A program made the translations under genes and the position numbers. From the NCBI GenBank assembly GCA_964510165.1, contig CAZEBC010000006.1, positions 32,964-49,229 of the forward strand: a DNA stretch of 16,266 bases, written 5' to 3'. This document shows, piece after piece, positions 1-8,713 of the stretch (the first letter of the stretch is position 1; each line of letters starts with the position of its first letter). This DNA is from an uncultured bacterium (GTDB lineage: Bacteria; Abyssobacteria; SURF-5). Below the pieces are notes generated by a model. That model was not told the origin of the DNA. It worked only from the letters and a program-made list of their open reading frames with translations, and did no database searches.

Positions 1-165
1 GCCCAGATTTACAGAACTTGTAGGACAAGGGGAAAGACGGTGAGAAGGACCGTTGACTGTATCATTGCCGCCATATGTATCGAGCATGGCCTGAGCCTCC
101 TTCATGAAGACAGCGATTTCGACCTCATTGAGACGTGCACAGCGTTGAAAGTCAGAAAGACATAA
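1..165 (+). CDS. PIN-domain (VapC-like) toxin, C-terminal part; 5' end lies outside the window
   Basis: Not in the ORF track. Frame 1 reads AQIYRTCRTRGKTVRRTVDCIIAAICIEHGLSLLHEDSDFDLIETCTALKVRKT* (TAA 163-165). The D-C-x-I-A-A ... L-L-H-x-D-x-D-F pattern is the typical VapC/PIN C-terminal motif. Confidence 0.85.
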   Translation, partial: AQIYRTCRTRGKTVRRTVDCIIAAICIEHGLSLLHEDSDFDLIETCTALKVRKT

Positions 166-195
166 TTCTCACCCCGCAATTCCCGCGCTTTCCTA

Positions 196-224
196 TTGAA
201 TAATTCAGCCTAGCCAGTTATAGT
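196..224 (+). promoter_or_regulatory. sigma70-type promoter for the rimO cluster
   Basis: TTGAAT (196-201), 17 bp spacer, TATAGT (219-224). The implied TSS near 231 argues against the GTG at 229 as the start codon. Confidence 0.6.
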
Positions 225-264
225 TGTAGTGGCGCAGTATGATCCCGACGTAAGCGAGTTGATA

Positions 265-1599
265 ATGCCCTTGCCGTACAAGATTTGGATAGAGAGCCTC
301 GGGTGCGCAAAGAACCAGGTGGATTCCGAAGTGATGCTGGGATTCCTCCGGGCGCAGGGCTACCTGGTGGCCGAGCATCCCGAGGAAGCGGACTTGATCG
401 TGGTGAACACGTGCGGCTTCATCGAGTCGGCGATTGAGGAATCAATAGACACGATTCTCGATATGACGAGGATGAAGCAGAACGGCGCGTGCAAGGGCGT
501 GATTGTTGCCGGCTGTCTGTATCAGCGTTTTGGCGAGAAGCTGCGAGGCGAGTTGCCAGAAGTTGACGCATTCCTCGGATGCGGCGGATTGGACAAGGTT
601 GCAGAGGCATGTCGCAAGGCGCTCGCGAAATCCAGATTCAGCCACATGGGCGAATCCGATTGCCTCTACGATCATACCGCGCCGCGGGCGTTTCTCACCG
701 GAGTCGCATCAGTGTACCTGAAAATCGCCGAAGGCTGCGACAATCGGTGCCGGTACTGCACAATCCCGAGCATACGGGGGCGCTACAGGAGCCGTACGGT
801 CGAGTCGGTCCTGAAGGAGGCGCGCGACCTGGTCGACCAGGGCGCCAAGGAATTGAACCTTATTGCGCAGGATACCACCTATTTCGGGGTACCCGAGGAC
901 GGCGAGGAGCGCCTGACCGGATTGCTGCGAGATCTTGATCGAATCCGGGCGCGGAAATGGGTAAGAGTGCTCTATGCTCATCCGGCCCGGATCACGCATG
1001 CGGTCGCCCGTGCCATTGACGATTCGCGTTCTGTGGTGCATTATCTTGATATGCCGGTCCAACACATCAGCGACGACATCCTGAAGGCCATGGGCCGTAA
1101 GGGCACCGCCAGCGATATCTACCGGGCAATCGGGATTCTCAGGGATGAGGTGCCAGACCTTGCCCTCAGAACCACCTTAATGGTGGGATTCCCGGGCGAG
1201 ACCGACGAGCATTTCGAACAACTCCTGAACTTCGTGCGCGAGATGAAGTTCGAGCGGCTGGGCGTATTCAAGTATTCCCGCGAGCCGGGCACCGCCGCCG
1301 CGCGGCTGCGCAAGCAAGTGCCTGAGCGCATCAAGGAGGACCGCTACGAGGCGCTCATGCGCGAGCAGGCTTCCATCTCGAAGAAACTGAATCGTGGTCT
1401 CATCGGCCAGAAGCTCGAGGTGCTGGTGGAGGGATTGGAGTCACCGAACATCTTGATGGGCCGCACGTATCGGGACGCGCCCGAGGTCGATGGCAGCGTT
1501 CTCATTTCATACAAGGGATCATCTCCTCCTATTGGGGAATTCATTCAAGTCGAGATAACAGAAGCGGACGTTTATGATCTTGAAGGAAAGATGTTATGA
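265..1599 (+). CDS. rimO: Ribosomal protein S12 methylthiotransferase RimO (radical SAM)
   Basis: LGCAKNQVDSE, NTCGFI and AGCL (UPF0004 cysteines), CDNRCRYC radical-SAM motif, YLDMPVQH, VGFPGET and C-terminal TRAM (APEVDG). LGCxKN distinguishes RimO from MiaB. ATG 265 preferred over GTG 229 because of the promoter position. Confidence 0.95.
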   Translation: MPLPYKIWIESLGCAKNQVDSEVMLGFLRAQGYLVAEHPEEADLIVVNTCGFIESAIEESIDTILDMTRMKQNGACKGVIVAGCLYQRFGEKLRGELPEVDAFLGCGGLDKVAEACRKALAKSRFSHMGESDCLYDHTAPRAFLTGVASVYLKIAEGCDNRCRYCTIPSIRGRYRSRTVESVLKEARDLVDQGAKELNLIAQDTTYFGVPEDGEERLTGLLRDLDRIRARKWVRVLYAHPARITHAVARAIDDSRSVVHYLDMPVQHISDDILKAMGRKGTASDIYRAIGILRDEVPDLALRTTLMVGFPGETDEHFEQLLNFVREMKFERLGVFKYSREPGTAAARLRKQVPERIKEDRYEALMREQASISKKLNRGLIGQKLEVLVEGLESPNILMGRTYRDAPEVDGSVLISYKGSSPPIGEFIQVEITEADVYDLEGKML

Positions 1600-2210
1600 A
1601 CTCAATCAATCTGCCGAATAAACTAACGCTGGTACGGCTTGCGCTGGCCCCGTTGTTCCTGGCGCTGCTGCATATTGACAACATCTATGCCCAACTGCTG
1701 GCGCTGCTGACGTTCATTGGGGCGGCGATCACGGATTATTACGACGGCAAGATCGCGCGGGCGCGCTCTCTGGAGACCGACTTTGGCCGCCTCATGGACC
1801 CATTGGCCGACAAGATACTGATATCGGCAGCGTTCATCTATTTCGTCGGCGCATATCCTTACATTCCGGCATGGATCGTGACGGTGATCATCGCGCGCGA
1901 ATTCGCCGTCTCAGGCATCAGGATGCTGGCGGCGTCGAGGGGCAAGATCGTGGCAGCCGACAAAGCGGGCAAGCTGAAGACCGTGAGCCAATTGACAGTC
2001 ATAATTGCGATTCTGAACGTCATAATCTCTCAGAAATTGCTCGTGTCGGTCGTCACGTACTGGCAGACAATCGAATCCTGGGCGAAGGTCGGGATTGATA
2101 TCCTCGTGTATGTGACTCTGCTCATGACGGTGTACTCCGGATTCAACTACATGCGCTCAAACAGACATCTCTTCTGGGAATCGCTCAGAACTCCGGCGAC
2201 TGCATCGTAG
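1596..2210 (+). CDS. pgsA: CDP-diacylglycerol--glycerol-3-phosphate 3-phosphatidyltransferase
   Basis: NLPNKLTLVR, TDYYDGKIAR...FGRLMDPLADK (CDP-alcohol phosphotransferase motif), REFAVSGIR, GKLKT. ATGA overlap with the rimO stop. Confidence 0.95.
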   Translation: MNSINLPNKLTLVRLALAPLFLALLHIDNIYAQLLALLTFIGAAITDYYDGKIARARSLETDFGRLMDPLADKILISAAFIYFVGAYPYIPAWIVTVIIAREFAVSGIRMLAASRGKIVAADKAGKLKTVSQLTVIIAILNVIISQKLLVSVVTYWQTIESWAKVGIDILVYVTLLMTVYSGFNYMRSNRHLFWESLRTPATAS

Positions 2211-2223
2211 GCGAACCGGAACG

Positions 2224-2721
2224 ATGCACGAACAAACGACCACAGCAGTAGGGCGGGGCTGGAGAGAAAACGTGGTGCTGGGTTTTGCCTCTGTCCTCTT
2301 CCTCGGTTATGCGCCGGTGGCATCGGGCACTTTCGGGAGTCTGCCTGGAATCCTGCTGGCCTGGTGGCTCAGAGACAGGCAGGAATATCTGGTCGCGACG
2401 GCGCTGATTCTGTTCATACTGGGCATTGGCGCGGCATCGCGCACCGAGGCCGTCCTCGGACGGAAAGACCCGTCGATCGTGACCGTTGACGAGTTTGTCG
2501 GTATGCTGATCGCATTCTACGGGATACCGATGACGTGGGGCACGATCGCGCTCGTGTTCTTCCTCTACAGGGCGTTCGACGTGTTCAAGCCGTTTCCGGC
2601 GCGTCAGTGCGAGCGCTTTCATGGCGGGCTCGGAATTATGGCCGACGATGTAGTGGCCGGCATATACGCGAACCTTGCTGTTCGCCTTATTGTGATTGTG
2701 GGAGAGAAGCTGTTCAGCTAG
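2224..2721 (+). CDS. pgpA: Phosphatidylglycerophosphatase A
   Basis: GYAPVASGTFGS, KDPSIVTVDEFVG, YRAFDVFKPFP, GGLGIMADDVVAG; hydrophobic; directly follows pgsA. Confidence 0.95.
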   Translation: MHEQTTTAVGRGWRENVVLGFASVLFLGYAPVASGTFGSLPGILLAWWLRDRQEYLVATALILFILGIGAASRTEAVLGRKDPSIVTVDEFVGMLIAFYGIPMTWGTIALVFFLYRAFDVFKPFPARQCERFHGGLGIMADDVVAGIYANLAVRLIVIVGEKLFS

Positions 2722-2741
2722 CGGATGTTAAGCACAATACG

Positions 2742-2835
2742 ATAGGGCGCACGCCGTGCGCCCCCAGAGCCAACAGGCGACAATAAGGAATCCGCGCCCA
2801 CCGACGCGCGGGCGGCCACACAGGGCCCGCCTACA
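2742..2835. repeat. Pair of REP-like GC-rich palindromes
   Basis: GGGCGCAC-gcc-GTGCGCCC (2745-2763) preceded by ATAG, and GCGGGC-N11-GCCCGC (2808-2830) followed by CTACA. GTAG/CTAC-footed hairpins are the REP architecture. Confidence 0.55.
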
Positions 2836-2845
2836 CCGACTGGAC

Positions 2846-3337
2846 ATGAAGATCGAGCGTGAAATAGGTGTGTTGTTGACGCGATTAGGGCTCACGCTCG
2901 CGGTCGCGGAATCATGCACCGGCGGATTGATATCGCATCGCATAACGAATGTGCCGGGCAGTTCCAACTATTTCGAGCGAGGTCTCGTCACTTACAGCAA
3001 CCGTGCAAAGACGGAAATCCTCGGGATCGAACCTGAATTGATTTGGCAGCACGGGGCGGTCAGCGAGCCGGTTGCCCGCGGGATGGCGATTGGCGCGAGG
3101 AGGGCGGCTGGCACGGATTTCGGGGTCGGAGTCACCGGCATAGCCGGACCTGTAAGCGACGACTCGAAGAAGCCGGTGGGCTTGGTCTACATCGCGGTGT
3201 GCGGGCCTGACGGCTCCGTGCGGGTCAAGCGACACAACTTCAAGGGCACACGCCTGCAGATAAAGAGATCGAGCGCCGAGGCCGCTCTCGGCCTCTTGCT
3301 TGCGGCAGCGCAAAGAGAAATGGAAAGGCGAAAATAA
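2846..3337 (+). CDS. pncC: CinA C-terminal domain protein / NMN deamidase PncC
   Basis: AVAESCTGG, VPGSSNYF, TYSNRAK, HGAVSE, TGIAGP, KPVGLVYIAV. The upstream extension from 2756 is translated palindromic DNA, so ATG 2846 is preferred. Confidence 0.9.
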   Translation: MKIEREIGVLLTRLGLTLAVAESCTGGLISHRITNVPGSSNYFERGLVTYSNRAKTEILGIEPELIWQHGAVSEPVARGMAIGARRAAGTDFGVGVTGIAGPVSDDSKKPVGLVYIAVCGPDGSVRVKRHNFKGTRLQIKRSSAEAALGLLLAAAQREMERRK

Positions 3338-3338
3338 G

Positions 3339-6300
3339 GTGGAACAGAAGAGATTCGCGCATCTCCATGTTCATACTGAGTACAGTCTGCTCGACGGAGC
3401 GTGCATAATCGAAAAGCTCCTCGATCGGGCAGCCGAGTACGGAATGCCGGCCATCGCGATCACCGACCACGGCAACATGTTCGGCGTCATCGATTTTTGC
3501 AAAGCTGCGAAGAAGCGCGGAATAAAGCCGATCGTGGGTTCCGAGATGTACGTGGCCAAACGCAGCCGTCACGACCGCAAAACGACGGACAAGACGCGGG
3601 ACTATCATCACCTTACGCTACTGGTAAAGACCGAGCAGGGGTACAGGAACCTGATGTATCTCTCCTCAGCGAGTTACCGAGAAGGCTTCTATTACAAGCC
3701 TCGAGTTGACAAAGACCTGCTCAAGAAACACTCGGAGGGACTCATCGCGCTCAGCGGGTGTCTTGAGGGCGAGCCTGCGAGCATGTTGCTGCAGGGCAAG
3801 AAAGAGAAAGCCATTGCCGCAGTGCGCGCGTACCAGAAGATATTCGGGCCCGAGAATTATTTCATTGAACTGCAGGACAACGGCCTCTCCGAACAGAAGC
3901 GAATCCTGCCGGAATTGGCGGCGATTGCGCGCGAGACGGGCGCGGGAATCGTCGCCTCCAACGACGTCCACTATGTAGATAAAGCGGACGCGCTCGCGCA
4001 GGACGTCCTGATGTGCATCCAGACTAATACGACGATCAAGGACCCCAATCGCCTGCGCTTCGGCACACAGGAATTCTACCTGAAATCGCCTCAGGAGATG
4101 GCTGCCCTGTTCGAGGGGATTCCCGAGGCTCTTGAAAACACGATTCGAATCGCCGAGCGTTGCGAGTATCGACCGGGCGAAGCGACCCCGCAACTGCCGC
4201 ATTTTCAGGTTCCCGAGGGCTATACGGCGGACAGTTATCTGCGCGAACTGTGCGAGGACGGGTTGCAACGTAGATACGAAAAGGTCACCCCCGAAATCCG
4301 GGAGCGGCTGGACATGGAGTTGGGCGTGATCTCCAGGATGGGATACTCCAGCTATTTCCTGATCGTCTCGGATTTTATCAGGTTTGCGCGCTCGCGCGGC
4401 ATACCGGTGGGGCCGGGGCGGGGCTCCGCTGCGGGCAGCCTTGTCGCCTATCTGCTCACAATCACCAATCTGGACCCGCTCAGGCATGGCCTGTTGTTCG
4501 AACGGTTCCTCAACCCGGACCGCGTTTCGCTTCCCGACATTGACATCGATTTCTGCTATGAACGGCGAGGAGAAATCATCAATTACGTCATCGAGAAATA
4601 CAACAAGGACAACGTGGCGCAGATCATCACGTTCGGAACGATGGCGGCGCGGGCGGCCATCCGTGACGTGGGCCGCGGGCTGGGCATTCCGTACGGGCGC
4701 GTGGACGAGATCGCGAAGCTGGTTCCGAACGAACTCAACATCTCGTTGCAGGCGGCCATCGAGCGTGTGCCCGAGTTGCAGGAGAACATGCGCACCGACC
4801 CCGAAGTGGGGCAGTTGCTGGAGATCGCGCAATCGCTCGAGGGGATTGCGCGCCATGCTTCGACCCATGCGGCGGGAGTGGTCATCTCTCCGAAACCGAT
4901 ATATGAGTTCGTTCCGCTGTACCAGAGCAGCACGGGCGACGTGACGACGCAGTACTCGATGAAGAACTTGGAGGAAATCGGGCTGCTCAAGATGGATTTT
5001 CTCGGGTTGAAGACGCTTACCGTCATAGACCAGACTCTCTCGATGATCAGGCAACTCCGGGGCAAGGAAGTCAATATCGACGAGATTCCGCTCGATGACC
5101 CACCCACCTACGAACTGCTGAATAACGCGCTGACGCTCGGCGTGTTCCAACTGGAAAGCTCGGGCATGCGCGACCTGGCCAGAAAGGTCGGGATTAATAA
5201 TTTTGACGACCTGGTTGCGCTGGTTGCGCTGTTCCGGCCCGGCCCAATGAACATGCTGCCGGATTATATCAAGCGCAAACACGGCGAGGTCGCGATTGAA
5301 TATGATGCGCCCGGCCTCGAGCCGATCCTGAAGGAAACCTACGGCGTGATGCTGTATCAGGAACAGGTCATGAAGATCGCGAGCGAGCTCGGCGGGTTCT
5401 CGCTAAGCGAGGCCGACATCTTGCGGAAAGCGATGGGAAAGAAGAACCGCGAGGTGATGGAGCGCAACCGCGAGGCGTTCATCAAGGGCGCGGCAAAGAA
5501 GGGCATCTCCGAGCAGGCCGCCGAACGAATATTCGAGAAGATGGCGCAGTTTGCCGGTTACGGGTTTAACAAGTCCCATAGCGCGGCCTACGCGCTGATC
5601 GCATTCCAAACGGCGTACCTCAAGGCCAACTACCCGGTCGAGTACATGGCGGCAACCCTCACGAGTGAAGTGGGCAACACCCCGAAGCTCGCCACGTATA
5701 TCGAGGAATGCCGCCGGATGAACATACCGGTGCTGCCGCCCGACGTCAACATAAGCGACCTGAGATTCACGGTCGATGACGGCCGCATACGCTTCGGACT
5801 GGCCGCAGTCAAGAACGTGGGCGAGAACGCGATCAAAGCCATCATCGAGGAGCGCCGAAAGGATGGGCCGTTCAAATCGCTGTTTGATTTTTGCGCCCGT
5901 GTGGACGGCCGCCTCGTCAACAAGCGCGTGATCGAAAGCCTAGTCAAATGCGGCGCGTTCGACACGCTTGGCGAGAAGCGAAGCCGCCTGTTTGCCGCCG
6001 TTGACCTTGCCATCGAGCAGGGGCAAACCGCTCAGCGCGACAAGCAAATGGGACAATCGCTGTTGTTCGAGGGCGCAGGCGACGAAGAACCGCTCGGACA
6101 GGTTCGCTATCCCGAGGTGGAGGACTGGCCGGATAACATCCGGCTCAAACACGAGAAGGAGGTGCTCGGCCTGTTCATTTCGGGTCATCCTCTGGCGAGA
6201 TACGAGGATAAATTGCGCGCCATCACAACCGCCACCTCGTCGCTGCTAGCGGAACGCAAAGAGGACGAGGCGGTTGTGGTGGGCGGGATCGTTTCGAAAA

Positions 6301-6794
6301 TAAAGACCCACATTCCCAAGGGCAAACAGGAACGCATGGCGTTCGTCACTCTCGAGGATACGGAAGGATTCCTTGAGGTGATCGTGTTTTCCGACCTCTA
6401 TGGCCGGGCCTCGGCGCCTCTGCGTGAGGATTCGCTCATCGTTGTCTCCGGTCGGATCAGCCTGAGGGGCGGCGAAGCAAAGGTGATCGCAGAAGAAATT
6501 CTGCCGATCGAGACGGCGGAGGAACAGTTTGCCCGGGCGGCTCACATCAAGCTGATGACTGCCGGGCTCGAGGAACACACGCTCAAGGAACTCGCGCGCA
6601 TCGTGTTCGCGAATGAGGGACCCTGCAAGCTGTTCATACACTGCGTCACCCCGGACCAGCAGGAAGTGGTGATGGAATCGGCGTCGGGCATCGGCCTGAG
6701 GCAAGGCTCTCTGGTCAAGGAGAAGGTTGAGCGATTGATCGGCCAAGGCTCGATCTGGTTCAGCGCGAGGAACGATGACGGGACGCCCGCTTGA
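3339..6794 (+). CDS. dnaE: DNA polymerase III alpha subunit
   Basis: HLHVHTEYSLLDG PHP start, GPGRGSAAGSLVAY, FERFLNPDR, PDIDIDF, KMDFLGL, YGFNKSHSAAY, clamp-binding-like QSLLF, OB fold (MAFVTLED). GTG 3339 lies 1 nt after the pncC stop. No intein-sized insertion. Confidence 0.97.
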   Translation: MEQKRFAHLHVHTEYSLLDGACIIEKLLDRAAEYGMPAIAITDHGNMFGVIDFCKAAKKRGIKPIVGSEMYVAKRSRHDRKTTDKTRDYHHLTLLVKTEQGYRNLMYLSSASYREGFYYKPRVDKDLLKKHSEGLIALSGCLEGEPASMLLQGKKEKAIAAVRAYQKIFGPENYFIELQDNGLSEQKRILPELAAIARETGAGIVASNDVHYVDKADALAQDVLMCIQTNTTIKDPNRLRFGTQEFYLKSPQEMAALFEGIPEALENTIRIAERCEYRPGEATPQLPHFQVPEGYTADSYLRELCEDGLQRRYEKVTPEIRERLDMELGVISRMGYSSYFLIVSDFIRFARSRGIPVGPGRGSAAGSLVAYLLTITNLDPLRHGLLFERFLNPDRVSLPDIDIDFCYERRGEIINYVIEKYNKDNVAQIITFGTMAARAAIRDVGRGLGIPYGRVDEIAKLVPNELNISLQAAIERVPELQENMRTDPEVGQLLEIAQSLEGIARHASTHAAGVVISPKPIYEFVPLYQSSTGDVTTQYSMKNLEEIGLLKMDFLGLKTLTVIDQTLSMIRQLRGKEVNIDEIPLDDPPTYELLNNALTLGVFQLESSGMRDLARKVGINNFDDLVALVALFRPGPMNMLPDYIKRKHGEVAIEYDAPGLEPILKETYGVMLYQEQVMKIASELGGFSLSEADILRKAMGKKNREVMERNREAFIKGAAKKGISEQAAERIFEKMAQFAGYGFNKSHSAAYALIAFQTAYLKANYPVEYMAATLTSEVGNTPKLATYIEECRRMNIPVLPPDVNISDLRFTVDDGRIRFGLAAVKNVGENAIKAIIEERRKDGPFKSLFDFCARVDGRLVNKRVIESLVKCGAFDTLGEKRSRLFAAVDLAIEQGQTAQRDKQMGQSLLFEGAGDEEPLGQVRYPEVEDWPDNIRLKHEKEVLGLFISGHPLARYEDKLRAITTATSSLLAERKEDEAVVVGGIVSKIKTHIPKGKQERMAFVTLEDTEGFLEVIVFSDLYGRASAPLREDSLIVVSGRISLRGGEAKVIAEEILPIETAEEQFARAAHIKLMTAGLEEHTLKELARIVFANEGPCKLFIHCVTPDQQEVVMESASGIGLRQGSLVKEKVERLIGQGSIWFSARNDDGTPA

Positions 6795-6828
6795 TTCGGG
6801 CGCTTCGCCATGGGCGAGTTGTTGTTAG

Positions 6829-6857
6829 TTGCAAAAGACCGGAAATAATGTTATATC
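6829..6857 (+). promoter_or_regulatory. Possible sigma70 promoter for the beta-barrel gene
   Basis: TTGCAA (6829-6834), 17 bp spacer, TG-n-TATATC (6852-6857). The last -10 base deviates from consensus. Confidence 0.35.
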
Positions 6858-6946
6858 TGTTTATCACTCCTTAACCTGTGACCACTGTAATCGAGTAGAA
6901 GCAGGGTAGCGCCGGATTCGCGCGCCGCATCAGAAAGGACCTCATC

Positions 6947-8626
6947 ATGCGCAATACAGTGGCGTTGGTGTCATCTTTCTTCCTCTTTTTCTCTCTCTCC
7001 GTCGTGGGCTTTGCCGAAGAATATCACATGCTGGACACTGAAGAAGCGTTTACGATCGGTCAGGACAACATTCAAACTGAAATCGAGGTCGGTGTCACCA
7101 AACAGCCGGATGCTTCCGAGTTGTATAACATCCCGCGCGTGCGAGTGACGTACGGATTGAGCGACTGGGCCGACATCGAATTTGATTATGAGGTCCTCGC
7201 CGTGACCGACACCGATTTGGTCGAGTTTGACACCGGCGAGCCTCACCTGGGCGATGACGAGGTCGGCACGGGAGACCTGCGGATAAAGCTGAAGATGACT
7301 CCGTACGAATTCGGGGCGCACCGGTTGGGCTTTCAGTTTGTCACGAAGCTTCCCAACGCCGAGCAGGGCGAGGGCCTTGGCACCAACGAAATAGACGCAT
7401 CCAGCCTCATCCTGTTTTCGAGCAATTGGGGACGGCTGAAAACGCATGCGAACCTGGGCTTCGCTGCGCTCGGAGACCCCAGGCAGAACGGCAATCAGAA
7501 CGATTTTGTTCTGTGGGGACTCGGAGGCGAGTATGCGCTGACCGATGCATTGACGCTCATGGGGGAAGTGGAGGGCTCCACCGCCGCCGACAACAGTACC
7601 AATGGCTTCACCGATAACATCGCGGAGAGTTCCGAGGGGAACGCGCGGGCGCGAGTTCGGCTTGCGCTGACCGGTCCCATCGGAAATTGGAGATGGGGAG
7701 TCAGCGGGTTCAAAGGAGTGAACAGCCACACCGAGGACTGGGGAATTCAGACGGGCTTGAGCAGAGTGTGGGGAGTGGGCGGGCCGAGCGAACCGTCTGC
7801 GCCGCCCGTATACGAAAGAGAACAGCCGGAGTCATATTTCAATCCCGTCAAGACGGTAGAGGCCTACACGATTGGCGAGGGCAATTTCCGACTGAAGACC
7901 GGCCTGGGCTACGTAAACCAGCCCGACGACTCTGATCTGTTTATTGTTCCCGATGCGGTGTTCGGCTGGGGCATCGGGCCATGGGCCGACTTCGAAATCG
8001 AGCTTCAGTATCTTGCCGTCGAGGATTCGACACAGACGGTGACCAGCGGCCGTGTGCGCAAGACCGATGTGAGTGGAAACGGGATGGGTGACGTAAGAGC
8101 GAAGTTCAAGGCTTCTCCCATTGAATTCAAGTGCGGACGCCTGGGAGTTCAGTTTGTTACGAAAGGTCCGAGCGCCGAGGACCACGACGCGCTCGGAACC
8201 GATGAAGCCGATTTTGCGGCCAAGGCCCTGTTATCGACCGATTGGTCCGAGTTTTTCGGCGATGCGGCCCTGGGCCGGCTGAAAACGCACGTCAACGCAG
8301 GAATTGCGATCCAGAGCGACCCAGAGAGGCTTTCACGTCAGGATGACTTTCTCATATGGGGCGTTGCCGCGGAATACGAACTCCTGCCCGAGCTGGCGCT
8401 ATGGTCTGAACTGGAAGGGGCGACCAACGGAAAAGAATCCAACAATATCAACGAGGGTGATTTCGGCAATGCTTATGCGGAGGTCCGCATGGGACTTACC
8501 GGGCCAGTGCCCGACAATCCCTTCATGCACGATTGGAAATGGGGAATCGCCGCGTCAGCCGGGCTTAACAGTCATTCACGCCACTGGACCGCAAACGTTG
8601 GCCTGAGCCATACATGGGGACTATAG
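6947..8626 (+). CDS. Secreted protein with two tandem homologous outer-membrane beta-barrel-like domains (resembles the MetA-pathway/phenol-degradation 'transporter' barrel family)
   Basis: SD AAGGA; Sec signal MRNTVALVSSFFLFFSLSVVGFA; alternating hydrophobic strands. The motifs G.GD(L/V)R.K.K, VTK.P.AE...LGT.E.D, TH.N.G and WG...EY.L each occur twice, and both halves end in GLS..WG. Confidence 0.75.
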   Translation: MRNTVALVSSFFLFFSLSVVGFAEEYHMLDTEEAFTIGQDNIQTEIEVGVTKQPDASELYNIPRVRVTYGLSDWADIEFDYEVLAVTDTDLVEFDTGEPHLGDDEVGTGDLRIKLKMTPYEFGAHRLGFQFVTKLPNAEQGEGLGTNEIDASSLILFSSNWGRLKTHANLGFAALGDPRQNGNQNDFVLWGLGGEYALTDALTLMGEVEGSTAADNSTNGFTDNIAESSEGNARARVRLALTGPIGNWRWGVSGFKGVNSHTEDWGIQTGLSRVWGVGGPSEPSAPPVYEREQPESYFNPVKTVEAYTIGEGNFRLKTGLGYVNQPDDSDLFIVPDAVFGWGIGPWADFEIELQYLAVEDSTQTVTSGRVRKTDVSGNGMGDVRAKFKASPIEFKCGRLGVQFVTKGPSAEDHDALGTDEADFAAKALLSTDWSEFFGDAALGRLKTHVNAGIAIQSDPERLSRQDDFLIWGVAAEYELLPELALWSELEGATNGKESNNINEGDFGNAYAEVRMGLTGPVPDNPFMHDWKWGIAASAGLNSHSRHWTANVGLSHTWGL

Positions 8627-8713
8627 GACAGGGAGAAAAGGAAAAGGCGAAAACGGCATGGGAATTCCTCCGCTTTCCCCTCAACGCTTAACTCTGGACG
8701 CAAACCCTGAACG

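Noticed and set aside
2756-2845. Arg/Pro-rich N-terminal extension of PncC
   Set aside because: It is translation of intergenic palindromes and is not CinA-like.
3666-5282. 538-aa antisense ORF inside dnaE
   Set aside because: Codon-register shadow of a GC-rich conserved gene; no recognisable motifs.
3339-6794. Intein or split dnaE
   Set aside because: Length (~1150 aa) is normal and the motifs are contiguous, with no intein-like insertion.
6860-6946. Riboswitch in the leader of the barrel gene
   Set aside because: No cobalamin, TPP, FMN or SAM consensus recognised, and the leader is short. An Rfam scan would settle it.
8627-8713. Riboswitch or terminator between the barrel gene and the glutaredoxin gene (GGACGCAAA resembles part of c-di-GMP-I)
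   Set aside because: It lies between convergent 3' ends, the rest of the consensus is missing, and there is no clean stem plus U-tract.
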